From the NCBI GenBank assembly GCA_951406725.2, contig OX597824.1, forward strand, positions 75,826,001 through 75,890,000: DNA of 64,000 bases, in the 5' to 3' direction. Position 1 is the first letter of the stretch; every line of letters begins with the position of its first letter. The position numbers and the translations under genes are program-made. The notes beneath the pieces were generated by a model, which was not told the DNA's origin, searched no databases, and saw nothing but the letters and a program-made list of their open reading frames with translations. This DNA is from Octopus vulgaris (taxonomy: Eukaryota). Positions 62,410 through 64,000 of the stretch are shown here, piece by piece.

Positions 62410-64000
62410 GCGCACACACAGACACGTGCACTTGTAAGAATGTTACACATACAGATGTTCAATAAATTTATTACGACTATATCAGTTTCTTTTTGTGCAT
62501 GCATGTCTGGACCCAAGTAAAGATGGAAAAGTGAATGTTAAAACGATGATCATGAATGATTTGTGTGTGTGTGTCTGTGTGCACGCGCCTCTGTGCATAG
62601 CGTATATATGCACATACATACATACGTACATTTATGAAATTATAATAAAATAGTCTGTCTACCAGAGGTGATTGAATAAGAAGTGCAAGTGTGATGTCGA
62701 ATCGGCAACTCTTTATTCTCACACCTTGCTGAATTCTCTTTCAAACACACACACACACACACCAGTGTTATCTAATGTATACCTAACACTGGCGGAAAGT
62801 CAATACTCTGCTTTATTTTTCCACCTGGAAACATCAAATAAACGCGTTCCCTCCAGCAGCATCATCATTATCATCGATGTCGATGTGTGATTCTTTCAGT
62901 TAGTTCGTTTATTGTGTTGCATTGCACAACTATTTTTAGTTTACGAATCGAATAAAGGTTATATGCAAAGGGTGTGTATATATATGCATGCATGAGTACA
63001 CACACAAACTCTACTATATAAGTAAGTGTAGGGTAGTTAAGAGTGAAACACATGTATCTGCATTTGTAGTAGTTAAATTTAACTCTTAGCTTAACCACCC
63101 CCGTCCGATTTTCGTTTTTGTTACTTTCTCTACGTTTCCTCCATATTTTTTTCTGCTCCAATTGCGCTTGCTTCGTGTTGTTTTTTGGTTGGCCTTTTTC
63201 TTTTATACCTGTTAAGTTAACCTCCCGCCTACCGCGTCAATCACAGAATACATACACACACACACACACACACACACATACATATTTATAGATACAGACA
63301 CATGTGAATACGTGAATCTCGATCGTTTTTTCCTATAATTTTACATAGCACCTTTCCTTTGGAAACCCTTTCAGTTTCACTCACAGACACACGGGGGTTT
63401 TCTTATAAAAGTATTGTTGATGTGAACGTAATTAGAAGGAACACAAATAAGGAAAGAAAAACAACCCACATAATCAGGTTTCAAAATTTTATTTCATTTG
63501 TTGTATATACTATTATTATTTTATTTGAAATTTTACAGTCAAATCGTTTTGCAAGTCAGTTTTACGCTGTGTGGCCTTAACCTCCATACCAAAGTCGCGC
63601 TGAACTCAATTTGGCCGTCTTATCGTTATAGACATTAGTAGCATTTCATACCTAGGGTTGAGGGTCGATAAATTTTATTGGCTTATGTACCCCTTTCTTT
63701 CTTTGTGCCTACGAGTATTGTTTTGTGTTCTTTTGTATTGATGTTTAATTTCCCATCAAGCACAATGTGATTAATTCCGACTTATTTATCGAATCGCTTT
63801 CCATGAAACTTTGTGTGTTTCATGTACATTTTAGTAGAATTTCAAATTTGTTTTACATGGAAAAAAAAAGGTTGACTCTTAACCGTTTTGTTAGCTGTCG
63901 ATTATCTACCTAGGAATGCTAATGATGTTTAATATATAATTAAACCATTATAATTCCATTATTCTTTCTCTCTCTCTCTCACACACGTGTTTGTTTACGA

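Overview
AT-rich, microsatellite-dense eukaryotic (animal) genomic DNA. The tRNA-derived SINE families, (TA)n/(TAA)n/(TCTA)n tracts and TE mix suggest an octopus/coleoid cephalopod (inference). About 52 kb is intergenic/intronic and packed with TE relics: R4/Dong-like RLE LINE, Tx1/L1, RTE, CR1, Penelope GIY-YIG remnants, Tc1 (DD34E), maT (DD37D), mariner, pogo- and piggyBac-type MITEs, a Pif1-helicase Helitron, several non-autonomous Helitrons and many SINEs. One host gene is visible: a 3-kb first coding exon (53902-56920) with ~970 aa of low-complexity sequence followed by the start of a TRIM-type C3HC4 RING. The most notable element is a 1.7-kb ORF-less palindromic array (20027-21722) of ~490-nt structured units. 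Each unit carries an intact type I hammerhead ribozyme with an unusually long stem II (two copies per strand), i.e. a retrozyme/Penelope-pLTR-like system. Further minimal hammerheads and fold-back repeats occur elsewhere, as does a 52-bp minisatellite amplified out of a piggyBac transposase relic. No CRISPR, rRNA or genuine tRNA gene is supported.
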